Assembly: GCF_041956535.1 (NCBI RefSeq)
Contig: NW_027192216.1
Span: 253,807-317,806 of the forward strand
Length of the DNA: 64,000 bases
Reading direction: 5' to 3'
Source of the DNA: Calcarisporiella thermophila CBS 279.70
Lineage: Eukaryota > Fungi > Calcarisporiellomycota
Within the stretch, counting starts at the first letter, position 1. Each line of letters begins with the position of its first letter. Of this stretch, positions 21,974-35,587 are shown one piece after another. The position numbers and the translations under genes were made by a program. Below the pieces are notes generated by a model. It was not told the DNA's origin. It did not search any database and was given only the letters and a program-made list of their open reading frames with translations.

Positions 21974-22760
21974 AGTCTCTTACAGCCTATGATACAGATA
22001 ATCACCTAATTTTTCTTCCTAATAGACTTTTATTGTGCTTTTAAATTCAAAGCTTTTGAATGTCTTTTTGAATACAAACGAAGTTTTCCATAGAATTAAT
22101 CGTATTAGAGAATATCTAGAAGTCGAGTGTATAGTAAGGTAGAGATTGGTATAGCTAATTTCCATCTGAAATGAACTCCAGGTTTAGTGGGCGCTTTTAG
22201 TAACATTAAAAAGAGTATAATTGCAAGACATTTATAAATTGGGTATCTGTTATGAAAGAGATATCTAAATGAAAATATGAGAATAATCTCACTTGAGCTT
22301 CTTAGTGCTTGCCAAATAGAACTTCAAGGCCATTATGTGCGACAGCTTATCCCTTTAAACATGTATCAATTTTTATTCCATATATTTCAACCAAATCTCA
22401 AATCTGGCAGCAGGGTTTCATCATATCTCTCAAGAAGCATCAATGGTTGCGCCTAAGCACCAAATAAAATTTACCAGCTGTGGGTCTCGAAGGGTGACCA
22501 TTAACCGACTATGCGGCATTAACCTAACAACCCAGCCAACCAAAGCAAGCATGGGGCATGGTCCTCCGCGCAACCTTTTATAAAGAATCGGCTGCATTAG
22601 ATGCTATATTCTGCCTTTGTTGGAATCAGGTGTTGGGCTTTTCTAGCAGGGCACTGTAATAAAATTTTAAAACTCCGGTACTCGAATTTTGTCACATTGG
22701 AGGGTAAAATTTCATTCTAGCTTTAGTACAAGAGATTTCTCACCAGAACGCATCATCGTC

Positions 22761-23690
22761 ATGGCAGCCAATTCAAAACTTCTCAATCTGTACCTAACTT
22801 CTTTACACCGCCGTCCTCTGCGCACCAAAGCATTGACAGCTGGAACGCTTGCCGGCCTTCAAGAATTGGCTGCTCAACAGCTCTCGGGTACCTCCAAAGG
22901 AAATCCCGTTGACAAACGTGTTCTGCAAATGACGGCATACGGTAAGTCTAAATACATTCGTGTTCGATTCTCGAATGCTCTATTCGTTTCAAGACCTCTT
23001 GAGTGAAGTTTGTGAGCAAATGATATAGCATCAAAAACCGTCTATTCTCATTTGCAAAGTATATATATTTTTTAAATCCTATATATACCTTCTCGATAGG
23101 TCTTTTCATCAGCGGTCCGCTGGGTCACTATCTTTTCGATCTTTTGAATCGTGTTTTTGCTGGACGAACTGGAATTTCAGCTAAGATTCTCCAGATTCTC
23201 GCTGTGAATCTAATTCTATCTCCAATTCAAAACTCTGGTATATTTGCGCTAATTCTAGTGTTAATATAGTTATGTTCACAAACCATCTGTTGGAATAGTT
23301 TATTTAGCTGCCATGGCTATTATATCTGGTGCCCGTACCTGGGCGCAAGTAAGAACGGCAGTGAAGAAAGGCCTTTTACCAATGATGAAAATCTCATGGG
23401 TGATTTCTCCAGCTTGCATTGCTTTCGCTCAAGGATTTTTGCCGCCACAGTTCTGGGTAGTGTAGATTGTTTTGTGTAGTAGCATTTTAGGTCATCCTAA
23501 CTTCTTAACTCTGATACTAGGTTCCATTCTTCAACTTGGTTGGATTTAGTGAGTTTGCTTTTATACACAAGTTGATATTTCTGAACTAATTGCTCCCATC
23601 CCCTTTTTTTGGATAGTCTTTGGAACATATATTAATACCATGACTAAGAAGAGGAGGCTTGACCAACAAAAACAGCGCAAAGACGAATAG
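22761..23690 (+). CDS. Mpv17/PMP22 (PXMP2)-family membrane protein, multi-exon
   Basis: Motifs YLTSLHRRPLRTKALTAG, GPLGHYLF and FLPPQFWVPFFNLVGF. Confidence 0.85.
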
Positions 23691-23905
23691 CTGAAGCTTG
23701 TTTTTTGTCCTATATATTGCTTTTTTATGATCTTGCTACCATAATATATAAAGAGTAGGATACAGGCCGAGTATGGCCACGAATACAGTCCATAAAAATG
23801 CGTTATTATTTATAAAATTTGGGGAATAAGATAAAGGCAGAGTAAAGGAGGATAGCTTATTCAAATTCGAGTCTATTTAAACAAAATAAAGATGAGAAAA
23901 TGGTT

Positions 23906-25009
23906 TTACTTTTTGCTGGGCTTTAGATGATGTGAAGTCATCTTGCGGCCCTTTTTATGGTCTTCCAAGCTTCTGCCCAATCGACTCTGCGGGCCTAGTG
24001 TAGGATCCACAATGAAATTCCATAGGACTCTAATCCATGACGTGTGATATGCAAGCGTGTCGTAGTACTCGGGCGCGAGCTGGCGTACATTGGGAAGACG
24101 GGACCACGGTATTTTGGTAAAGTCGTGATGCTCGTTATGATAGCCAATGTTCAAGAAGAACCAATTGAGACCACCATAATAGCTGTAGGTCTCCTGGCCA
24201 TCGTCGAAAGTGTAGTGTTCCTGGATGAAGTGAGCAGCAGCAGGATGCAAGCTATAGCCCATCCATAAACTTAGGAAGAGATAGAGTAATCCACGCAGCC
24301 CACAGTATCTGAATACCAAATAGTCCGTCGCCACCGTGAACAGGAGATTTATGACTTCCCATTTTTGCGGCACTTTTTGCTGTACTGCCCCGCGCACAAC
24401 ATACATGACAGGATATATAAGCACCCATAACAACTTGAATAGTGCATTCCCACGAATCAAAAACCGCTCCCACTCAAGCGGTAAGTCGGGATCCCGTCCT
24501 ATAACACCCTGAAAGGTGTGATGTTCTAGATGATATCGCCGAAAAGACATGGCGATAGGAACAGGTAGTCCAATATTGGCAATAAGGCCCATTACCCGGT
24601 TCAGTAATGGAGAAGGACCCACAAGGCCATGCGTAACTTCGTGGATAAGTACACCATACAGGCCAGTGAAAAATCCTCCAACAAAATACGCAACAAATAA
24701 CATCGTCCAATGCCAGTTTACAAGGATTCTTCCGAACAAGTAAGCAATGGCAATCTGGACAGCAGCAGCCAGAATCGTAATAGGGATGGTGCGCCATTCG
24801 TACCCATAGAGCTTTTCTATTTCAGGATGAGATTGAAGTATAGTTGATTTTCGTTTGAAGTGTGGTTCGTCCAGATCATCAACGGCAATATCCTCATCAA
24901 TATAGGGAATGGAGCGCATCCAGTCGCCAAGATAGAGTGGATGACGACGGTCATTTTCACCCGATGTGGCTTCAAGGTACGCTTGCCGCGTTTCAGTATT
25001 TGGTGGCAT
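23906..25009 (-). CDS. DES1: Sphingolipid delta-4 desaturase (dihydroceramide desaturase)
   Basis: N-terminal EPHFKRK..IL..HPEI motif and His boxes HEVTH, YHLEHH and YHNEHHDF. Intronless, 367 aa. Confidence 0.92.
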   Translation of the reverse strand: MPPNTETRQAYLEATSGENDRRHPLYLGDWMRSIPYIDEDIAVDDLDEPHFKRKSTILQSHPEIEKLYGYEWRTIPITILAAAVQIAIAYLFGRILVNWHWTMLFVAYFVGGFFTGLYGVLIHEVTHGLVGPSPLLNRVMGLIANIGLPVPIAMSFRRYHLEHHTFQGVIGRDPDLPLEWERFLIRGNALFKLLWVLIYPVMYVVRGAVQQKVPQKWEVINLLFTVATDYLVFRYCGLRGLLYLFLSLWMGYSLHPAAAHFIQEHYTFDDGQETYSYYGGLNWFFLNIGYHNEHHDFTKIPWSRLPNVRQLAPEYYDTLAYHTSWIRVLWNFIVDPTLGPQSRLGRSLEDHKKGRKMTSHHLKPSKK

Positions 25010-25428
25010 GGTAAAATGGGTTAGAAACGGTATAAAGAGAGAATGGTAAAGTGATATCTCGAGATATAAGGATATCGAAATATACTTCTATAAATCAACA
25101 GCTAAAATAAAGGATATATTTACTGATATAGGGAGTATATAGTAGTTAAAAATAGCATAAAGAAATGAAGGGAAAAATCACACTCAGCATTTTATTCTTT
25201 ATAGTTTGATGCTTCAGTACTTGCTTCCTTAACTCATCCATCAATTGTTTGCAAAATTATTCGAGTCCGAACTCAAAATTTAAAAATTCGTTCGGTATCA
25301 CACGATTTCGATTTTTTTGTTTTAAGGCGCAGCGTTGAGGGCAGTTTGTTAGACATAATTGTCTTCCATCCATAGTCTTGACGACTCTCCCTCTTCATCC
25401 ATCCGTCGAAAAGCAAATAACAAGTGAA

Positions 25429-25966
25429 ATGGTAAAGTGATTGAAATGGATGAATACAATATCCGAGGATATAGTGCTGATGTCTTTCTAATACGATTAG
25501 GCCAAGCGCACAAAGAAAGTCGGAGTCACGGGCAAGTACGGCACTCGCTATGGTGCTTCACTTCGTAAGCAGATTAAGAAGATGGAAATCACCCAGCACG
25601 CCAAATACACCTGTGCTTTCTGTGGAAAGGTAATTATTTTAGCTTAGCTATTAGGAGCACATGTTACTTTATAATGGATCTTGAAATGTTGGAATTCAAT
25701 TGGTCAATGTTCGATCTGGATTATGATGATCTAATTTTGATCGTTTATATAGGATACTGTGAAGCGTGAAGCTGTTGGCATCTGGAAGTGCCGTGCATGC
25801 CGCAAGTCTATCGCTGGTGGTGCTTGGACCGTATCGTATGTGTCTATAAATTCAACTGCTATTCTAGCTGATCTCTAATTTTTTTTTTCATTATCTACTC
25901 AGGACGACCGCCGCAGCGACTGTTCGCAGTACTATCCGCCGTCTTCGCGAGTTGCAGGAATCGTAA
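25429..25966 (+). CDS. RPL43: 60S ribosomal protein eL43 (L37a), 4 exons
   Basis: Spliced product M|[43 protein letters not shown]|[16 protein letters not shown]...[11 protein letters not shown]. Confidence 0.97.
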
Positions 25967-26154
25967 ATTTTACATTCTCCTACTACTCTCCAAGAAATAA
26001 ATAAAGCCAACTTCATAAATTTAAATATAACGGGTGCTCTTATGTGCAATATTTTTTCGTTGATATCATATTAGCATACTTTACTTTTTATAACGTGTCT
26101 CATTTCAAAAGTATTGGAAATAATTTTTAATTACATTTTAAAAGAATGCAAAAT

Positions 26155-26674
26155 TCACATCTTCATTTGGTTCTTACTCTCCAGCTCGGCCCTATTATCA
26201 AATATGATCGCTATATGAAGGACTAGAAATAAAATAAACTAAGAGTCAATTCCTTACCGAAGTTGTTTAGAAAAATCATCCTCTATATCATCATCGTCCC
26301 AATTATCTTCCCATAAGTTTGCTTCCTGGCTCTCATTCTCCGCTTCATTCCAATCTATTAAGAAAATAAGGTTAGTACATTTTATAGAAATAGGATCAGC
26401 TGCGAGATCAGTTGAATTTGTGTATTATCTCAATTTCACCACTTAAAATCAAATTGTATCATTCAATAAACTCAGGTATATATGTAATTCCGGGGAGAGA
26501 TCCCAGCTCGGACTCACGTATCAAAAGTCATTCTAATTAGAGAAATTATTCACCTTCAGTGGCAAACTCTTCGAACTCGTCATCCTCTTCTAATACTCCT
26601 AGTTGTGGTGGAGGCTGATTTTGTGGTGTTTTATTTTCCTCTTGCGATGTTGTCTGATGAGTGTTTGAAGACAT
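26155..26674 (-). CDS. SEM1: 26S proteasome/TREX-2 subunit Sem1/DSS1, 3 exons
   Basis: Spliced product [13 protein letters not shown]|DW...[20 protein letters not shown]|AEL. Confidence 0.92.
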
Positions 26675-26968
26675 GTTTAGTTTAACACTAGTTCTGATGA
26701 AAAGCTACGATCAAAATGGAGGAGGGTACGCGTCAAATAGATAAATGTTCGGACGTCATTTTTGAGGCTTATGTATACGTCATTGCATAGGAGACTTAAG
26801 AAACATTCGCACTCCTCTCTTTTATACCTATGCGCGATCTTATTTAACTATTGATGCTGTGCAATGAGAATTTCTTAGTAAAATCGTAGAGATCTTAATA
26901 TACAATATCACTGCGATTCAATAATATCTCGTCGCATCAAAATTGTTGCACCGCAAGTCTAGTCCGCC

Positions 26969-28001
26969 ATGAGCGGTGAGTTACCCTCCTACTATTTTCA
27001 CAACGAGCCAAAACGTAAGAATAAAATTCATGCATTAATAATTTTCTACGGATCCAAGACTCTATGTTTTCGTTTTGAAACCCCATTTAATAAATTTTTG
27101 CATGATCTTTTTCAAATACCAGTGGCGCCGCAGGAAATGACTGGCGATCAGGATTTGCTAAAAAAATATGACCTCTTGACCATGTACAGCAAATACGTGA
27201 AGCAAGCTAATGGAGATACTCAAAATGCAGAAGACGAAACGTATTTTCCTTACGTGAAAGATCTTCCAGGTATTGAATCTTCTCTCTTGACATTTTGTAC
27301 TTGCACGTGTAAAATAAACGCGTGTATATATGTTTGTTGATTAAATTCTTGCTCTAGGAAAAATGGAGACAAAAAAGGATAATTATATCTTTAGCCTTAT
27401 TAATGGACCGGAGATATCAGTATCTGATATTACCACTTTCGACAAAACCACTTTGGAGGAGGCATTTACACTTCGTCGTGGTCCTATCACAGGGGTCAGG
27501 GTTTTTTTTCCATCTGTCCTCTGCGCATCATTCTTATAATTTTCCCATTATAGTTTGATGGAAGTTTATTAGGTGTGGACGACGACTTCTCCGGTACTCC
27601 GGCCGCTCTAAGCGCTGCTGGGAGTGATGAACATAATGGTACAGGAGGTTGAATTATTCTATTCAATATTATTTAGGCAAATAATTTACTAACCGATTAT
27701 CCTTTTAACCACAGATGGTGAAAAGAAACATAAAAAGAAGGTCGGTATCGAAATTTTAATGCCTATTAGATCAAAGATATTTAAATGATTTTTCAATTCT
27801 TTTTGCAGAAGAAAAAACGGAAACATGAAAATGAATATGAAGACGGAGAGCATGGAGAGCATAGAAAGAAAAAGAAGCGGAAGAGGGTAAGCATGATAAA
27901 ATGTTGTTGATGGCTATCGACTAAGTAAAAGTTTATTGCAGGATAAGGAGCGTGAAGAGCGATATCTCGCCCATGAGGAACAAACAGTAATTATCGACTG
28001 A
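26969..28001 (+). CDS. MED19: Mediator subunit 19, multi-exon
   Basis: Motifs TGDQDLLKKYDL...Y and YVKDLPG, plus a Lys-rich C-terminus KKHKKKKKKRKH. Confidence 0.7.
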
Positions 28002-28331
28002 GTTAATAATTGAAAATGGGTACACTTCTCTACGTGCAATTTCTCTATTTTAACCATTAACAATTAGTAGTTTATATTCTATTTATGCGGCAAGTTATAG
28101 ACTTTAAAACGATTCATCTCTCCACTCTTTAAAATCTTCTGAAATTTGTGAATGAATAAACTTGCTTCGAAGTTTGCATGTTTTTTTTCTTTAACTAGAA
28201 ATAAAAATGTATTTAATACTAAAAAGCATGTTGCAAAAAGGAGATATAAATTGAAGTTAGAAATAACCGAGAAAAATGAGATTGGAGATGAAATGCGTAT
28301 TGAAATGAAAATGTCTAATAATAAAGGCAAA

Positions 28332-31300
28332 TTATCCCATAGGCTTGGAGCGCGTTGTATCATAAGCACGAATAATCTGGGTCTGTCCAGAATCATTTTG
28401 AGCAAAAGCGAACCCACGGTTGCGTTTAAGACGTTGGATGCGCCGGACTTTACTAACTACTTGACGGAATCGGTCCATTCTAGGGCGATAATCTGGTATG
28501 TTATAGCACTGGATCTCCTGGACATAGTGATAGGCAACAGGTCGATACTGTCGTTTTAGATACTTCCATACGTAATCGCGTATAATGGCAAGGATCGGTA
28601 CAGCAATAATGTATAAATAAAAGTAGATTGAGGTGAATAATTTCACAAGAACGCCATCATATTCATGAGAGAGGTTGATCTTGGGAGCGAGAAACGCGAA
28701 CAAGGGTAAAAATATCAGATATATGACGAAAGAAAGAGGAATGGAGAGCGCCCCCCATTTGTTCCACGTGCTATTCATTAGAAAAATCATTAGAATTAAA
28801 TAAAGCTCATTGGAAAAAAAAATATTAATTACTCTAGAATCAGGGAGGCTTTCAACAGAATCGTTAATAGCACCGCAGTGAACATCGTTGTGCCCACATA
28901 CCAATGTCCGCCAATATACCCACTCTGACCCAAGATAATATCATCGTTAAAGGAAAGGTATCCGCAGAAGAAGAGTATAAGAGAGTGGAATAGCGCATTT
29001 GCAAGCCAGCCCCAAAATCGTTTTTGGTTGAAAAACTCGTTGGTAAGACCTAGCGTGTACATTTGGTGATATTTGTCGAGCATCTTCGCGCTTACGAATT
29101 GTTCAAAGAGCCCAATTACGAAAGGGGGAAGAATGGTGAAAAATACGTTGAAAGAAGCAAGCGTCCATGATTCATAGAGCGTTTGACCCGAGAAGCCATT
29201 GAAGATCGCATACCAGAACTGAGTCAGATAAAGTGCAACATTCTTATAAAAATAGAAAAATATCATTTTGCTCATTCGATGATAACTCCATGCCCCGTGT
29301 ACCAGCAAAAGCTTCTTTAAATAACGGAATTGTGCAATCGAGAAATCGGCAGAGCGCGCAGCTTGCAGACCTTCCACTCCACTGATGCCGATGCCTACAT
29401 GGGCTGCTTGAATCATACTGACATCGTTGGCTCCGTCTCCAATAGCCAATAGGACCGCTTTTACATATTTCTTCACCAGTTTTACGACGAGTGCCTTCTG
29501 GAGAGGCGATACTCTACAACAAATCACTGCTTTGCATAGTACAGCGAGGCTGAGGAATACTTTCTCAACGTCCTTCTCCAGTGCATAGGTTAGAGCTTTG
29601 CCATCAATCACCACTGCCAAAGGCTTAAATTTATACCGATGTTAATAGAAATAATATTTATAAATGCGAAGAAAAATTGCTAACCTCGAGCTCCTCGCCT
29701 CGCTTCATGATCGCACTAATTTCAGCATATTTCTTTTCTAAGTATGCCTTTACTTCCGAATGAGAGTTCTCATTGCACACAATGAGTGACATCTCATCCG
29801 TAAGTAATTTACAACTGTAGCCAATATTAATCGCCGTTTCCTGTCGATCTCCCGTCAAAACCCAGATTTTTACTCCTGCTTCATGCAACGTATGAATGGT
29901 TTCCGGAACACCATCTTGAAGTTTGTCTTCAATTGCCGTTGCTCCGAGTAAGAACATATCTTTTTCGATTAGTTCCGCTGCCTTATCCAATTCATCTTGT
30001 CGATTAGTTAGGGTTGTGGCTGCATTATCATAAATCTTGGACCATTTGCTGTATTCTTCTTCAGAGATATTACGCATTGCAATGCAAAGAGTGCGGAGGC
30101 CTTCTGTTGCAAATAACTGTATTGATGATGTGTCAGACCCAGACATTTTCAGCAGAGTTATTGTCTCACATACCTCAAGATGAGCAAGCGTGGCCTCAAC
30201 AAATGGATTCTCTTTGGATAAACGCTCGAGGATTACAGTGTCAGCGCCTTTGCAGTATAGCTTAATACTGCCATCTGGACATCGAATAACTGCTGACATA
30301 CGTTTCCTTGTACTATTAAACTCGCAAATATTCAATATCTCAAACTCTGATTCTTGACCGTTAATTGTCACGTTGATGGAGTTCGGACGTCGAGTCTAGA
30401 GCAAAATATCGGGAATTAACATAATCTATTTCAAAAGAGTTGGATGTAATATTGAAAATACTAACTGTAAACCTATATCCTAGACCTGCTGCACCTTTCA
30501 CCAGAGCCTCTTCATCTGGGGAGGAGGCCTGATATATTATCTCTGATAATTGAGATGAAATTAATAGGATCATGTGGACCAATGTGATTATATTTACTTA
30601 CTACTCTCTCCAGTTTCTTTATCTGTTTTAAGCTCGGGAATAACTGTATGGCAAGAAGACAGAAGTGTAAGAAATTCCTTGATAACATCGGCCGTAGAGT
30701 GCGAGGTGCTATTCTCTTTTAGCTGATCAAAAGAATATTTGTCTTGGCTGCCTTCTTCAACCACCTCTGTATAGCATATACCACCAATTGAACATTCGCG
30801 AAACAACATTTGGTTGCAAGTGAGGGTTCCAGTTTTATCGGAAAAAATATATTCAACCTGGCCCAGCTCTTCGATAAGGCTGCTGGATCGTGCAACAGCA
30901 GGAGTGTCAGTTTTATCGTAATATATATCCAGATCGGCATCAATGAGCTTGGATAACCAGAATTTAACAATTTCCATGGTAACCATCAAACTATTTTTGT
31001 ATATTAACATTAGCAAGGTTGAATTTCAGAGTTCTATCAAATCCGGTTTTACATACCTGATAGGGATAAAACTGTTGAATAAGATAATAAACGTCAGAAT
31101 ATTCATCCCGAACTCGGATCCTTTATTTGCATTTTGCAGGCCAAGGTATGTAATTCGCTCAGCCTCTCGTATCTAAAAAAAATGGGATTGGTTAATTTAT
31201 GATGGTTTGAGAAACAAAATATACTTACATTAAAAATTAGATTTCCAGTTGAGGCAATCAAACTCATTCCGAAGAGAATAAAGAAAAGATAAAGTATATT

Positions 31301-32552
31301 TCTATTCGTCATCTTGGTGATGTTGGACTGCTTCATCGGTTTTTTGCTAGGAGATGAAGACATTTTAATATGTAAATCGAGCCCAATATACAAATATATA
31401 GACAACTCACTGCGAATTCAGCATCAATTTGGTTTCATGTCCTGTGAACACCACAACGCCATAAATCCAGCCGGTGTTGCGCAGTTGCGCACCTCGAAGT
31501 AATATTTGAGTTGGATCAAGGGGATAATCTTTTGTTTGCCCAGTTGTCTCGTCTGTCAACGAAATTGTACCTTCGTAGTTATAGAGTCTGTTGTTCGGCA
31601 GTTCGGACTTAATGACCCCTTTTTGGATAAAAATAAATAAGTAAATTGCAAGACAAAAGTCTAGTAGAATACCCAAAATTACCCTCCAACCGGCTAATTT
31701 CCTGTGGGGACGTGAATTTAGCGGTCTGGGTAAGAGCCTGCTTTATCTTTAGATTGACCTCACTAAAGAATTCCATTAGAGCTTTGTGCACGATTATTAA
31801 TATTACATTATTTACCCATCTAGATTGGATGTCTCGCAGTAACAAAGACCTTGAGGCTCGCTACTGCTCAAAAGAATTAGATCTGCGGGAAAAAACTCTC
31901 CATCGACTAGGCGAACGATGTCTCCAACCCTCAGATCTTTCCATTGTCTTTCCAAAAACTCGCCATGATTCAGCACTTTCACCTTGCGAGCATTTGTTTC
32001 AGCGTCAGATCTGTGCACTTGCTATATTTTTGTAGCTATTATATCAACTCATTCTTGATTCAAATATGAAAAAGATAACTTACAACATCCTCTATTATTT
32101 CTTTTATTGCGGTTGCAGTCAACACGATCGCAAGCGGCAAAATTGTAGCAAGATTAGAAGTAGGTGAAATACCAGGAATTTGCTGGGATTGGAATCATAT
32201 TAATAGATTGGAAAAAATTTCATATCAGCGAAAACTTACTTACCTGAATACAAGAAATAATAAGGAAGAAGACGTTGGCTGTTTTTGAAAATTCGGCCAT
32301 AAGGAACTTGGGCAAGAATGAATACCAAGTGTATTTTGCCATGAAGACTTTGTTATGCAAAAACTTCTGCTGCATATTCAAATCCATGTTGTTGAGATAA
32401 ATTACACGGGATTTTGGTTCTTGTTTTCCGATTTGAAGGGTAGTTCGACGCTTTTGGGGGTGATTTTTCTCTTGCATTTTCTCCGATTCTGTTGATCCAT
32501 CCTCCAGCTCTTTTGACTGTATAAGTTGTATTCCATCAGATAGATTGCTCAT
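28332..32552 (-). CDS. DRS2: P4-type phospholipid flippase, multi-exon
   Basis: Motifs ETSNLDGE, DKTGTLT, FNSTRKRMS, KGAD, LTGDRQETA and GDGANDVSMIQ. The C-terminal QEIQ.YN...GFAFAQ autoinhibitory motif is typical of Drs2/ATP8A. Confidence 0.93.
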
Positions 32553-32945
32553 GATGAAAAGCTTCTACCGAAAATAACGAGCTGATTTTGTATAATCTGA
32601 AGAAGCGGGTGAAGCAGTGGATATGGGCGTAGATGTGGATGTGGATGCGAGTGTGGATGCTGAATTGAGTATCTTAATCTCTAGCAGTATAAAGGAATTC
32701 TGTTAAATTTAAAGGAGAGAGATGATATAAGTTCTAAAAAAAAAAACCGAACAGTAAAAATGGATAATACCAAGACATTGTAGCACAGAAGTTATCAAAA
32801 TTCTTTAAATGTTAAATAAGTAAGTGTTCGAGAAAGAAAAGAATGTTGCGGGTAGTTTTCCCTCCACATCCAAGTTAACTTGTGTTCTTGTTAAAAGTTT
32901 CAGAGAACCCTAATTATTCAAATACATATATCTACAGTAAGTAAA

Positions 32946-33901
32946 ATGGGTCAAAAGCATAGTCGTAAGCAACGAATTGGTAGTGATGCTGAGGTTGAGA
33001 GTCTTGCATCAGATACACACTGTAGGTGCTTGCGTTTATTAATACTTCGATCGATTCAATTTTTCTAATTACGCCTAATCACATAGTTACTACTCAAGAA
33101 ATCCAAAATCTGAAGGATACATTCAGACAAACAGCTGGACGAAGTACTGAATCTTTGAATGAGGAGCTGTTCAAAAAGGTCCCTATACATATTTATTCAA
33201 TCGACCTCGATTTAATTTTCACACTCTAAAATACTAGACACTTCACAGAGTAATTCGGCCCAATTCACCAAAAGATGACGTATTTTTAGAACGACTATTC
33301 AAAGCTTTTGATGTGGATAATAATAAGGAAATTGATTTTCGAGAATTTGTAGACGGGCTTAGTGCCTTTATGAAAGGAACCTCTGAGGAGAAGCTGGAAT
33401 GTATGCATTTTAATTCTAGGTCAACTAAGATTATTTTTAAAGTATTTTATGTATTTAATAGTGAGTTTCAAGCTTTATGATATGAACCAAGATGGCCTTG
33501 TCACACAAGAAGAAATGATTGATGTGATGAAAAAATTGGTAAGGCACAATCTGGATGTACTTTCGAAGTAATATTTAATGTTTATTTTTAGGCATCTGTA
33601 CTATCTACTGAGGATCAATCCATGAACATTACTCAGGCAGTTGCTAGATTATTTGAAGATGTAGACCTAAATGGTGATGGAAGACTGGTATGTGTCTATA
33701 CAATTTCATCGAAACTGAGCATAAATACATATACTTTAATTAAGACTCTCGAGGAGTTCAAACTCTCTGCTATGAAAGAGCCGCTAGTCATCGATTATCT
33801 CACAGGTAGAATCATAACCTATAATCTATTGCACCTATAACTAAATTATTATATTCTATTATTAAGGCTGGTTATCCGAGCACAAAACATTACTGAGCTA
33901 A
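32946..33901 (+). CDS. N-myristoylated EF-hand calcium sensor (NCS/calcineurin-B-like), multi-exon
   Basis: Starts MGQKHS. EF hands DVDNNKEIDFREF, DMNQDGLVTQEEM and DLNGDGRLTLEEF. Confidence 0.85.
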
Positions 33902-34094
33902 TAGTTTTCTCTCTTTTCATTTATTTGATACCTTAGGAGTTGCTCCTGAATGTTCGATATATATTTCCTTCACTTCAAACTAATTCTATTTGCTTCATTA
34001 CTAAACTTAAAACATTATTAATCTTCATGTTCTCTCAAATGATGTCTTCATTTCGGACGTATACTTAGGCAACTTTCAATAACCAATAAAATAT

Positions 34095-35587
34095 TTAACT
34101 AAAAAATTCAACCAAATGCCGTGTCACTGTCTCTGGATGCGTGACAACTATGATATGACCAGCTTCCGGTAGTGTAATTAGTTGAGCATGTTTAATCCGG
34201 CTAGTCAACTTCTCTGCACCGCTGTAGGGTACCGTTTGATCCTTATCTCCCTATTTTCACATGAATTGAGTTTTTGTATTGAAATTTAAATATTAAATCT
34301 ATACCCAGATAGCTAGTACGGGCACCCTCGGAATTTTACCCAAAGCGGCATAAGCATCTTCAAGGCCTACAAGCGGAAAATGACAAACACTAGAGAAGAA
34401 GGATCGCAAGTAGCCAGTGTGATAGCGTAGCTGATAGAGCATAATTTCTGATAATAAGCGCATCAATTCTGACACTTGTGCCATATCCTCTCCCTCACCA
34501 ACAGCCAGGAAACCAGGAGTGAGCTCTTTTCGAACTCGCGAAAGAATCGCATCCTCGATGTAGTTCTAGTGCGTAATTTGTTTTTTTTAAAAAAAAAATG
34601 CATTTTACAATAAAACTTCACTAACATCTCTAATAGATCACCTTACCTTAACAGCAGATATACCATTTAGAATGAGTAGTGTGGAGTTTACAAGCGATGA
34701 TTTGACCAGTTTGCCTAGAAGAGGTACCTCGGAATCCTTTTAAAATACATGTGTTTGAGAACGAAAGTTGCAATTGGAGTAGTAGTGTTTATACACACCG
34801 CCATCAAACCTGCTGGTGCAAGGAGAGCAATTCGATCCACCATATCAGGGAAATGTTGAGCAAATGAGGCGGCAATACCACCGCCCTTATTGAGAAATTA
34901 AAAATAATTAACACCATGGTTAAAAATCACCAATATTCCGCTTACCATAGATAGACCGACAATATTGACATTATGAGTCCATCCGATTTTATGAAGTAGC
35001 ATAAAAAGTTGATTCACGAAGAGTGCCTCATCATTGGGTACTATTTTTAATTGAAGAAATATGTCAAATTAAAAATATTATGCCAAAGCGAGATTTAATA
35101 GAGCACCTTTAGGGGCATCGCTATAGCCTCTTCCGAACAAATCTATTTAACAAGCCAGTTGTTATGTGATATCGATAATCGGCAACCATAAAAAAGGCTA
35201 ACCCACTTACCATAAGTCAGCACGCGAAAGCCATTTTTTGCAAGTTCATGCCCCACGAGTTTATATATTGCCGCTGGGATCGAAATTCCGTGCACAAGAA
35301 CAATCTACAAGCAACATATAAATGAGAATTACTTCCTATTTACTTCTTATTAATATTATAACCTTCTTTCCATCTTCTGGGCCGAAGAGCCAATATTTCG
35401 TTGATCCATTTGGAATTGAGACATAATCTCCTCCTGGAAATATGTCCTCCGGATATCCGACTTTGTCTCCATTTAGAGGTTTAGCATAGCGAAGGGATGA
35501 TGCCAACGGCTCACGCTTATTGAGTAAGGACATTACAAGAATGGGAACGCCAAGAAAAATAAGAGGAGCAATCAATTGATAAGTCAT
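34095..35587 (-). CDS. Alpha/beta hydrolase with N-terminal membrane anchor, multi-exon
   Basis: Motifs YWLFGPEDGKK, VHGIS, DLFGRGYSD, GLSMGG, WGDKDQTVP and EAGH. Confidence 0.85.

Noticed and set aside
26357-26553. C/D snoRNA in the unusually long SEM1 intron
   Set aside because: CTGA motifs are present, but there is no canonical RTGATGA box C or recognisable rRNA guide.
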